The notes under the pieces are model-generated. The model ran no database searches. It was not told the origin of the DNA and worked only from the letters and a program-made list of their open reading frames with translations. The position numbers were made by a program, and so were the translations under genes. A DNA stretch of 64,000 nt from Eutreptiella sp. 'Long Island Sound 2002' (Eukaryota; Protista; Euglenida): contig OZ038378.1 of the NCBI GenBank assembly GCA_964036045.1, positions 174,220,001 to 174,284,000 of the forward strand, given 5' to 3'. Positions 36,769-47,740 of this stretch are shown in pieces. How positions within the stretch are numbered: position 1 is the first letter of the stretch; the number at the start of each line of letters is the position of its first letter.

Positions 36769-37190
36769 GGGTCTGAAATAGCAACACAACACACCCATAC
36801 AATGCCTTTGGAGAGAGAACATCACAGAATACACACAGGTGATTGATTTGAAGTATTGGGAAAGCAATGCAAGGCCATGTGTAAAGCAGATGGGCACCAC
36901 AAACCAGCGCAATAGATGTTTACTAGAAAAACATGGAAGTGGCGGTCTCCCGGCCGGGGGTGGGAGATTGCAAAGGGGGGGGGGGGGTAACTCGTGTACA
37001 AAAAGATCGTCAAGTCGTGTAATTTTTTCCTTTGCGGTAAATGCATGTGATTTTGTTTTCGGTAATCCATGTAAATTATAAAAAAATATTGTAACACTGA
37101 AATACATGCAACTTTTGCAATAAGTGCGGAATATGTACAATTGCCGGTTCCGTACAGCACCCCATAGCAACATGTACACGACGTCGACGA

Positions 37191-37350
37191 TGGGCTTGGT
37201 GGCTACATAACCCGTGCCATCTTGGGGGGTCCCCAACGCTTCAGAGCGGGGGACAAAATCGGCACTGGCCTACAAGTGGGCCTGGTGGCTACATAACCCT
37301 TGCTGTCTGTCCTGGGTTTGCAATGCCGCAAAGCGGGGGACAAAATCAGA
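37191..37350 (+). repeat. ~87-bp tandem repeat (2 units) inside an AT-rich MITE-like region (36960-37620)
   Basis: tggtggctacataaccc...agcgggggacaaaatc occurs twice. The flanking region has a 14-bp inverted repeat, cggtaaatgcatgt (~37035) and acatgcatttaccg (~37588). Confidence 0.75.
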
Positions 37351-38465
37351 AGTGGCAGATTGGCTACATGCATGTAACTTTTTTGTTCGATAAAATGGTG
37401 TCATGTTTTTTTATTTGCAATAACGTCATGTATTTTTTTTGCAGTAAAGTTGTGTAATTTGTTTTGCGGTAAACGCGAGTACAAAAAAATTGTCACGCCG
37501 TGTAATTTTTCTTTGCAGTAATTGCGAATACAGGTTTACAAGTAATTACTGCAAAAAAAAATTACACAATGTGATGATTGTTTTGTTACATGCATTTACC
37601 GAAAAAAAAATACAACATACACCCTTCCCCAACTGCACGTTCAGCAAGTGCCACAGGCCCTTCTCCCTTGCTGATGGGAAAAATGTGCAGCTGTTCAAGA
37701 CTATCTGGGACCTCAAGAGGATATTTTACACTGTCCCTGTTGAGAAGAAGGGGTAGGCAGAAAACTGATGAATGGATGCAGTGCATTGAGAATTTTGCTT
37801 GTTTGCATTATGTGCATGGCGCCATCAGCATCTCTGCATGTCAACATGTTTCCTAGATCCTTGGGCGACCCACAGCAAGCCAGCAACTGTCCATGAATTC
37901 TACATAGTATGCCCCAGCAAGTGGTTGGTCAGCAGTGGTGTCCATTTTCTTTGGGGGGGAGGGCGTCAGTTGGCGACGGTCCCCATGGGGTTTGGGGGGA
38001 TCGTTGTCCCTGGGGGATGGATATGGGGGAGTGAGGGTACGTGCAGCCCTGTACAAGAGGGGGGGGGGGGGGGTGACTGATGAATGAATTTGCTGACCTT
38101 CATTTGCACCCCCACCATGAAAACTGCCGTGCAATTTTTTCTTGAGTCAGATAGCAAAAAAACCAACAATGCCCCAGCCACCACTGACATGGTCTGATGT
38201 TGTACAAGTGCGTACACATCAAATCTCTGGTGCAATCAGTGCACGCGACTATTGTGCACCCCACAACCCACAATCCATACAACATCCGACCAACACTTCC
38301 CATTGCACTGTTGATGGCAAAACTCGCTTAAACAGAAATTGTGGCACAGACAGACCTATGTACCAAGGTTAAGGCTGTGAAATGGGCTTGGGGTGGGGTA
38401 TAGAGACATGCAAGCTCGGAAAACAAAAAAATCAAAAAAATGTGTTCAAAAAGGACTTGAGGCAC

Positions 38466-38693
38466 CTTTGGGTTTTGACATGTCTTGGAATGTGTGTGAG
38501 ACTCGGCTCGACGTCTGCTTGAACTTCCTAGAAAGCTGCGATTTGAGCGACTTGCGGATTCCGGCACTGCCCTTTGGGCTCTTATCAATTGACTGATCGC
38601 CATCCAGTGTCATATCTCCCCCCAAACTGCCGCGTGCAGCAGCTGGTGGGCTCATGGCATGGGGCCCAGTATCCAATGGTTGCTCTGACATGC
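38466..38693 (-). CDS. Probable exon (MSEQPLDTG...SLKSQLSRKFKQTSSRVSHTFQDMSKPK), possibly upstream in the coiled-coil/DPF gene
   Basis: Acceptor ctttgtttccctag| and donor AAG|gtgcct; 228 nt, phase 1-1, compatible with the phase-1 acceptor at 18547. The linkage is inferred. Confidence 0.55.
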
Positions 38694-39502
38694 CTAGGGA
38701 AACAAAGATGCAGAGTTCGGTTGAGGTTAAGGCTGGTAAGGGCTGGTCAGGGCCACCAAGCAATTTCCACCAACAAGCATCAACACGACCACACCAGGGC
38801 ATCATAGCATTCTCAACATGCAGGTGCTCATACAACCTCAGATGCCCAAATGAACATCCCAACACACACAATTAGCAGTGTAGGACATAACGCACGAAAT
38901 GATGAATTCACATTCTCTGCGGCCTGTTGTTCAGCGTCGAGCAGTTCAGCCACGAATCATAGAGAAACACCAAGGCGCACAAGCCTACCTTACTCTTGCC
39001 TTCTCAGGGCCACACCCAAGAAAAGTGTAGATTGTGGCGACATAATCCTAGCTATCTCGGGCCCATGCCACGAGCGAGCGTAGATTGTGGCGACATATCC
39101 TCAGCTGAAAAAATTGGTCCCTGTTGGTCCACGTCCAGGGGTGAATGATGGCACATTACATCATAGGGTTGCAGCAGGCAACTGCTTGGGTATATGCAAA
39201 GGCCAAACACACCATGTTCCGCAGCGAGAGCAAGGCGGTGCTGGACATTGAGTAGCAAGTGGACGAAAGAGGAAAGGTACTAGGGCCCAGTTTGGGAACA
39301 CCCAGAGCACACTTGTAACCCCCCGCCCCCCGTGTCCAACGAACAATTTGCTCCTCAAAAGATACGGTCTGAACGGGAGTGTTCGTTGGACACGCCGTTC
39401 GGTGTGGGCGACAATAGGGCGAAACAGTAGTAACACATCCCTAGGCACAAGACACCAAGCCCATTGAAAGCACAAAGCGATGGAGGCCTCCGATATGCTG
39501 GG

Positions 39503-39579
39503 GGAGGTTTCCCGTTTGGTGTGGTTCACATAGAACACACGTCCATCGGGGTTTGACGTTGCTCCCAACTAGGTGGAAG
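39503..39579 (-). pseudogene. Frameshifted WW domain
   Basis: LPPSWEQRQTP in one frame continues as PDGRVFYVNHTKRETS in another, with the shift inside a 4-nt C run; the second Trp is absent. Confidence 0.7.
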
Positions 39580-39825
39580 CGAAAGACATGATGGGGGACA
39601 GGTGCAGCCGAGAGAAGGGGGCTGTGGTGCCTCCTCCGATGATGCTGATGACATCGGCAATGGTGAGCGCAAATGGAACTGCTCAGCACTGACCAGGGCT
39701 GATAGAGTAGACATGGGTAAATTTATAAAGCAGGATGTGAGGGAATGGTGTCCCTCAGCCAAAGGACCTCTATTGCCCACCATGACTGATTCCTTGCTTG
39801 CACCTAGCCGGGAGGTGCTATCCAA

Positions 39826-39925
39826 GCGGTACCACACTGGTGAGCTAGCCACAATTCTTGGGCCTTCCACGGAAAGAGATGACTTTGTACGCCTGAAGTA
39901 CACAAGGAATGGGTGTGATTATGAC
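39826..39925 (+). pseudogene. Second SH3/Tudor-like motif fragment
   Basis: KRYHTGELATILGPSTERDDFVRLKYTRNG aligns with RYHSRTLGAHVLATIVGPSPNGPRFCHIWYIGPG. Confidence 0.35.
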
Positions 39926-40755
39926 ACTACAACGCCTCATTCCCCAATCCTTTAGCCTGAAAACCTCGATTGTGAAGCCCGGTACATAGTTAAGTACGTA
40001 ATTAATGATGTCCTCAAAAAATACGGTCCGAACGGAAGTGTTTGTTGGACACGGCATTCGTTGGACACGGGGGGTAGGCTTTGGTGTGTTGGCTTTCAAG
40101 GGTTGCAAGGTGGGATTGGCACAGGCACACACCCAAGAGTACGTAGTCAAATGCACTTATAGTGAACGATTGCAGCTTGCATAGCCACATGAGGGATATG
40201 GCAAATGGGGATTGGATAATGAGGGACCCACAGCATACTTGGTCTTGAGGACCATGGCCATGCACTTGGAGGGATTGAGGTGGTGGAGGATGGGAATGCC
40301 CACTACCTTTAAGCAACACGAGTTGGTAGGCTTGCCACCAACTATTTGAGTCGATGGCCAACTTGAGCCATGGTGAGTTCAAGCACCGTGGCACGGACTG
40401 CCCAGTTTCGTATTGGGAGAGGTGGACACACAGCCCGTCGTTGTTGTACACCCCCCCCACACACACGGAATAGTAACCACGTGCGCGCGGCGGTTTCCTC
40501 ACACCCCCAAGGGAACATACCCAAAGTGACGGTTCCACACACCCTCTTCAACCATGCCCCCCTGCATGTAGACTTCCGCGCAGACATGCAATGAGTGACA
40601 ACCAGATTTTTTAGAAACCCCCAGGTTGCAAACCTTAGTTCCAATGTTGATTTCTCAGGGGGAATGTTTGCCCGGCGCGCGCCCGGCGCATGCCCGGCGC
40701 GCTACCTTTGTACCCCCCCCCCCCCCCCCCCACGTGCCCAGGAACCGGCAATGTT

Positions 40756-41300
40756 CGACCGCGGAACCAGGGGGCGGTTCTTGCGTACGCTTTTCCCCCG
40801 AAATTTGACCGCGGAACCAGGGGTTGGTTCTTGCGCATGACCGTGGGCAGCCCCGTCCTGCGGAAAAAAATTTTGCGGCGCATTGCACCAGGACATGCGC
40901 GCCCTCTCCTTTCCCACAGTTAAGTTAACTACTTTGACAAATGAACACCAAAGGAGTGAATCTCAGCTGACTGGGCTGTAGTGTGCCTTCCAACATGCAT
41001 GGGATGATCTACTATTCAACTTGCTTAGGCGTGAAACCCTTCTTCCTGTGATACACCATCCTGAATTCCTGTCTGCGCTGCCCCTTGGGGCCAAGCTTCG
41101 GTGTTGCGGTGGGCTTTGGAGCTGGCTTCGGCTTAGGCTTAGGCTTGGGTTCTAGGACGTTAAAATGCTTGGGGACTGCATCATCATCCATGATGATAAT
41201 GATGATGATGACGATGTCCATGACGAAAACCCCAATACCCTAGTAAAATAAAGTTGTGCGAGAATTCGACCGCGGAACCAGGGGGCGGTTCTTGCGCAAG
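40756..41300 (+). repeat. Three copies of gaccgcggaaccagggg(g)(c/t)ggttcttgcg
   Basis: At ~40757, ~40807 and ~41268; each has an internal gaacc/ggttc hairpin. Confidence 0.8.
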
Positions 41301-41899
41301 GCGGTTCCTAGGCGCAGGGGGCCATGAGGCAACGGAAACTGGGCTCGCATACGCCCCCGTGTCACAGGCGCATGGTCATAACCACATTGTTCAGTGTTTT
41401 GCTTGCTGCACTGCAGCGTAGACCAGTTCTGTACCACACCAGGTGGTTGCTTGCTGTGCATTGGCACTGGTCCTCTGGACATTGAGGTCAGCTCGCACCC
41501 ACCACCCACCCACAGTGCCGGTTAGTGCCCGCAGGGGGGGGGGGGTATTAAGTATCTCACTTCTAGCCCCAAGTTTATCCTCACCGTGGGAAGATCCCCA
41601 AGTAGACCACACTAGACTGCAAACCTTCTCTGCAAGACACCTTGTATAAGCCGAAATATGAGAATTTAACAACACAAAATGTCACTTACACCACTTCCAA
41701 CCACCACCCTAGCCATCGTCATAAACTGGGTGCAAGGGATGGGCCAAATTCTGAGACACGGCGAGAAGGTACTCCAAATTGTTTGGGGAGGTGGGGGCAA
41801 AAACAGGCACGAGTGGGGAATGGTCAAAAAAAGATGCCACCAGCCACCAGCCACCAGCCCCGGCCAGTGGTGGGTGTTAAATTTCAAGCGTATTAAAAT

Positions 41900-42245
41900 T
41901 TGATAGTATTGTATTTCAATACGCTGCCTTTCGTAATTTGGCACTCAAAGCAGATTCCACCGACATTTTTTGGCCAGTTTTCATTCACACTATAAAAAAA
42001 AACAGCTTAGATTGGTGGGGTGCGTTTGAAATTTAATGCCCAACATTAGCCACCGCGCAGCCCTTGCGGATTTCCACTCACTTGAAATCCAAGACCCTTT
42101 TGCAACTTCCGCAGGAGCCAAACAGATTATGGCACAATATCAACGAGAATTGGGGTTGGGCATGGCTCACATGTATTGCTTCGAGATAGACTCGATGCAC
42201 ATCCATATGACATTTGCAAAGAAGAACTTTGAGGGGGAGCGTTAG
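41900..42245 (+). pseudogene. Possible hAT transposase C-terminal (dimerisation domain) remnant
   Basis: SLDWWGAFEI, a frameshift, then MPNISHRA...FATSAGAKQIMA resembles the hAT pattern L.WW....P.L...A.......ATSA..ER.FS. Confidence 0.4.
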
Positions 42246-45200
42246 CGCGCCGGGCACGCGCCGGAAGTAGGTGGTAACATAGACACATCAATTTCATCAC
42301 GATAGATAGTGATAGATAGCGTTTTTATTGGCAGTAATGTTCCTTTGCCCCGAAAAGCCAAAGCCTGTCTTGGCTGTAGCAAGGCAAAATTGTGTCGCAC
42401 ATTGCCTCTTCTTCATTGCTGTATTGCTATGCCTGGCACCACAACACCATGACACTCCAACCACATCTACAAATCTATGTTGCAGTGTCGATCCCTTATT
42501 TGTAGAACAACAACCTGTTTAGTCACAGATTTTCTACCCAAGTCGCAGGCTTCATTTGCCATTTCCCCTTTCTTAATGGCCACATCATACTGTGGACAGA
42601 AGTCTGCATTGTTCTTTTTTTTTTGGGGGGGGGGGGCTGCCAAGTCTTCTGCCAAGCCTGCGCCCAAAGCTGCCAAACCTCGTGCCAAACCCTCCACCAA
42701 GAGTGCTGCCAAACCTGCCGCCAAGGTGGCAGCCAAGCCTGCAGCCCATCCTGCAGCTGGAGAGCCCATTCCTGTGGCCCCTGTTGAGCATGTGCAGCGC
42801 TTCAAAGTCAAGTACTCCCGCTAGAAAAAGTGGAGTAGAGCTGAACATGCATACACAGGTCAGATAGTCGCATCTCTGGCCTTGATTCCAATGGAAGTGT
42901 TGAAGTCCGGCTCTACACCGTAGATCTGATTGCACATTTTGTTTCTGCACAACAGCCAGGGTCCTGCGCGCTGTGCTTGAATTCAGCTGTTTTGGACCCC
43001 CAACTCAACCAGAAGTAAATGCAGCACATGCCACTGGACTTGCAAGCTGACACATTGATGGGAGAACACTTGACACGGTGCACCCGGCACCCGGCACACC
43101 CGGCACATGGCAGATGCCAGCCAGCCATTGGTTTGAAGAGCTTTGGGCATTGCAACTTTACTAAATGAAAGTCTCAGAGCCAATTGGGATACAGAATGTG
43201 GTGTTGTATTTTCCTTACTTATGAGAACGTTCTTTGTAACCAAGGAACTCCACTTGAGAGTGTCTTGCTGCCTGCTGGTGGGGCTCCTTTCATGCATAGG
43301 AAAATGTTTCCCAGTGAAAATCAATACGGTGCACCCAAGAATTTCGTACCCCCCTTGCATATGAATCGCTCTTGCATAGTAAGCGGGGGGGGGCGAGGGA
43401 ACCATCACTTTCCATGTTGCAAACGCCGGACGGGGACTGGAAAATGTTTTTTCCAACGGAAAATTTGAGGCAAACTGCTTGCCATAGGGGCTGGACAGAC
43501 TAAGATGAGCTGGCGTAGCCCGCTCACTTCACAGTACTGGAGATAACCTCTCGGGATCAAGGTTCACCGCTGTCCGGTGCCACAATGGCGTGGTAGCGGA
43601 TCTGACACGTAGTGAGGAGTAGCTGAGTCTGAAACCAGGTTATGCAGTGGGAGACTGCCACGCCCGTAGGTTTGCCAGAGTGCACGAGGCACAAAGACTG
43701 TCAACAGAATTCTGCATTGCTCTGTCAACCTTTGGAGCAAAGTTTATTGCACGTACCACCGATGAGAAGCGCTGAGCAGGGTACATTGTTTTGGACAATT
43801 AGACACACGATCGCATTTTTCAATGATAACCTTTTTTTCATTTTTATCAAAATAGCCTGTGTTGGCCAAAGTAGGTGTTAAAATAAGGACCAAGCTGTGA
43901 TGAGGAAGTAACCCCCCCCCCCTTGCATAGTAATCCCTGCGCGCTACGGTATCCTCGCACCCCAAGTGACGGTTCCCTCACACCCCCGATTACCATGCAA
44001 AGGACGCCCAACACAAAACAAGTCATGCAGACACGAGGGCATATGAACCACAAAATGAGCCAAAATGAACTGCCTGTTGGGAGCACCCATGTGCGTGCCT
44101 GACAACCACCGCATGCTGCAACATGTTCTGTAATCATGTGGAAACACACACATAGACCACCCTCAGGGAGCATTCCCAAATATCAAAATCCCCCTGCCCC
44201 CTTCTTACTCAAGCGACAGCAAAAGTACCACATGTGCCACAACTAACCCCTTGTGTCGCTCGTGCAGGGGCATTGCTGGACCTGCCACTAGCATGCGGTA
44301 GAGCAGCAGTGTCTCATTACGGGTTAGCCCTGTGCCAAGCGCCACTCAGTAACACTTGCATCCTGCACATACGGAACTTAGTGCAACCTACTTGCGTCCA
44401 GCGGATGACTGAGTAGGACCCACCAAAACCCGATGATGTTTGAGGTGGCACACCCGGGCGTTCCCAACCTGTTATTGCCCTGGACCAAGGGACATGGTGC
44501 ACTACTCACAAAATCAGGGGGCGAAATGTGTCGAGCAAGCTCCCCCGTGTCCCTCCTTGTCCTTGTCCAAGATAAGGGTGTATCTTGTTCGTAGTGGTCA
44601 AAACCTAATTTGTACCAGGCCCCGTGAAACCAAATCATATTTATTCCAATCGGTTCAAATGGTGCCGTTCGGCGCCCAGATGGGCACCACATCTCGCAAC
44701 CACCAAACACTCCTCGTCAGGAACGCCCGCAAAAAAATGGGTGTCGGACCAATAGGAATCCGGAGGGAAAACCCGAAAGTCAAATCCCTGTCTCGTACTA
44801 CCGGTGGCGGTGCGACCAGTGCCATCCCTTGCGTAGCACCGAATCGGCCTTAATGTACCCATGTCGGAAAAACGGTTGCTGGTAGGCCATATCTTGGACA
44901 GGGAAAATGGCACGCGCATATTGAATTCGTGGGTTTAGGCATTGCTTGGGCAAGAGGGGGAATCGAAGGTGTACGTTGAGTGATCTGTGCCGATGGACCA
45001 GGACGTCTCTACATACTCAATCCACCCCCAAAAAGTGGGAGGCAATCGAATATCACGTGGGACGAACAAAGCGACGAGCCAACATCAGCAAGCCGCCCGA
45101 GGACCCCTTCACACTCGCCTACGGTGGCAAGCGGGGAAAAGACGGAGTCCTTCCTGCAAGTGGCGTGCCCCGCATTTCGTCCGCACAGTTCACCAATTAC

Positions 45201-45639
45201 AACACCTGGAGGGCAGCCCATTGTGATCACCGGGTCACCCATGCCTTTGCAAAGGTCAGGGCTGACCCCAATGCTTGAGTGGAGGCGATGCCATGTGTCC
45301 CTCAAATGCGATACCGTCTGTTTCACTTCTTTCTTAAATTCAGTGTGCTGTGAGCATATCGTACACACCTCAGGAGCACCAGTAGCGCAAGGCTCCAAGA
45401 TATGAAGGGAGGAGCAGAAAGGGAGGCAAAAAAGGTCTATGCATACATGCAGGCGTCAGACTAGAAGGCTATGCACCGTACGTCTGCAATCCTTTGCAAC
45501 GCAAGCATTATTCAGCCCAAACCCCGCACTGACATAAGGCCCTTGACATGAAGCACATAACCCCACAACGTGTGTGACTATTGTAACAACAGGATGCAGA
45601 GCCCACGGTCAGCCACACCAAGACAGGTGTCGGTGCCCA

Positions 45640-46560
45640 GCCACCTATACCCCGAGAATTAAGGCCAGTTATGAACGCCAACGTCGGTTGGTACGTGCAA
45701 GCCACATGAGCACAGTACACTTTCAAAAATCTGGGTAAGCTTGAAAGCATCATGAGGTCTCACGTCGACATAAAATATTGATCGCAAGCGGCAAGTGGCA
45801 CGCATGTCTGCACACCCTGACTTGCGGTCATGCTACGCTGCGTACGCTGTGCAGAAACCCAAAATCAGTGATCATCCGGTGCCACACAGCATAGAAATAA
45901 TTACAGCTCCGGCATCTGCAAGAAATTACAACGGTACCTTACGCGATCCAGGAATGCATCCTGGTAGCGGTGTAACGGTCTTATATACTCAGTCATAGTT
46001 TGAGATGAAACATATTGGCAATCTCAGATAAATATGTGGCACACCGCACCTTCGCAGCCACAAAGAGAAGATCAGCAGTTCAATGCGTTTGAGCCGCCGC
46101 AAATTGTATGCCCCAGCGAAATCGAGGGAAGTGAAGGCAACGCCCCATCCCACACTCTCGGTGACGTGTCCAAATGCTTGCGATGAATGCCAAAAAGGTG
46201 AGGACCAAATGCCAACCCTTTTGGATGCAAGTCTGAGTGTCCCACTGCGTCGCAACTTGAAATGACTGTCCTGAAACTTATGGCCAAAGTCTCGGCTACG
46301 CTGTTCTGCAGACCCTTGGCTGCCCACGACGACCTTCCCCTGGCCCTGCGCACAGTTGCACTGCAGGACCGAGCACCCATTCCAACAGCAATGCCATTGC
46401 ACAGGAGTCCCACAAATAGACTCCCAACAACACATTCAGGTACAACCGTTGTTCAGGTAAGCAGAACGGTGATTTGGGGCCCTACGACTTCAACTTTGAA
46501 AGCTTCGTTCCCAATTGATCCCCCAGAAGTCGGCTTACCAGACCCACAAAAAACCGCCCT
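45640..46560 (-). pseudogene. Decayed non-LTR (LINE) reverse transcriptase
   Basis: In LINE order: GKPTSGGSIGNEAFK (K.PG.DGI.NE-like), FTSLDFAGAYN...LRRCGVPHIYLRL (motif A and the G.P helix), a YQG/GCIP segment (QG motif), then FYVDV..SCGLHV (YxDD and GL.N positions). Many stops and frameshifts. Confidence 0.55.
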
Positions 46561-47700
46561 CCTTGGGGGCGCAAAAAAGCGGTGATGCCAACTATAGATT
46601 ATAATACTTGCCGAAGGGTTATTCTCTGGCCAAATGAAAATATATCACACGCTTTCCCCTCCTTCCACAACCACTTATATCATGCACGAACTTGGAGGTG
46701 CAATCACGGACCAGCCGCTAATTTCGGGCACGCACCACGATTGCGCTCTGATGAATGCCCCAAATGTTAAATAAATGCAGCAGATGCTTGCGATGGAGTC
46801 CTGCATAGACCCAAAACCCAACACGCAACCTCCGGCACCCACCGCACAAAAAAAACCAAACACAACACCCCACACACAAGACACCACTTTACACCCAATG
46901 CCCGACACCACTTTATAGCAACAATGCATCGCTTGCTTCGGCATCGTTTCGCGACATGGAGTAGCACCGTCGCAGTGAGCAACCATAGCAAGCTGGGGAA
47001 TGGGATAGATAGACCTTGGCGTCCAGAATACTGCCCACACTAACAGGATATTTGGCAGGCGGACTGTTGACCAACTTACTGGAAATTCATGCCCAAAGTA
47101 CCCAAACTGCCCACTAGCCCTTGGTCTACAACACCAAAGGGAAACAAAAGCAAACACAAAAGCTTCAAGAGCGTTACATCAAGGCCTGAGGGACCAACCT
47201 GTGTGCAATCACTAAGCACATGTGTTGGTCGTAGCAAGAGTTTGCGAAGTGAAACTTATAATCTCAAGCTTTCGAGCGTTGGGAACGACATGGCTGGCGC
47301 GTGGCATTGGATTGTAGTTGGCGACGTACCCAGGCCACATGCCGCACCCCCGGCCACAAAGACGAGGTGAAAGAAGAATCTGCTGCCAATGATTACCAAC
47401 AGCAGAGACACACAACAACACACTTGGAGCCACATGTAAGTGGTCAGCGTTTAATTCTCTCAGGACAGGTCTAGTTTCTGCACAATACTACACCCTACAA
47501 TGGTGCAATACACCATGAAAAGCGGGGAGGGGGGGTTGATTAGGAGATGTTGAAATGTTCGCAACGGTGTACGCACATTGGGTATTGCCCCCGCTTTGGG
47601 TCAACGATTATGTAGCATGTGCTCTCGACTTCTCACTGGAATGAGGCAAACCTGTTTTTTGTGGCGCTAAGGAGCGGCCTTAGGGATCGCGCAAATTGCT

Positions 47701-47740
47701 CAACCGCCGTCGGTTACCCTCCAAGCGCCGTCAGCCATAC
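47701..47740 (+). repeat. Dispersed caaccgccgtcggttaccctcca repeat family
   Basis: Related copies at ~48571-48585 (+), and in reverse orientation at ~49050-49105, ~51170-51190 and ~52110-52190. Confidence 0.6.

Larger units (their letters stand above)
39327..40073. mobile_element. MITE-like palindromic repeat split by a ~610-bp insert
   Basis: 17-bp perfect inverted ends (39327-39343 and 40057-40073) and a ~49-bp imperfect direct repeat (~39352-39400 and ~40012-40060). Confidence 0.55.
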
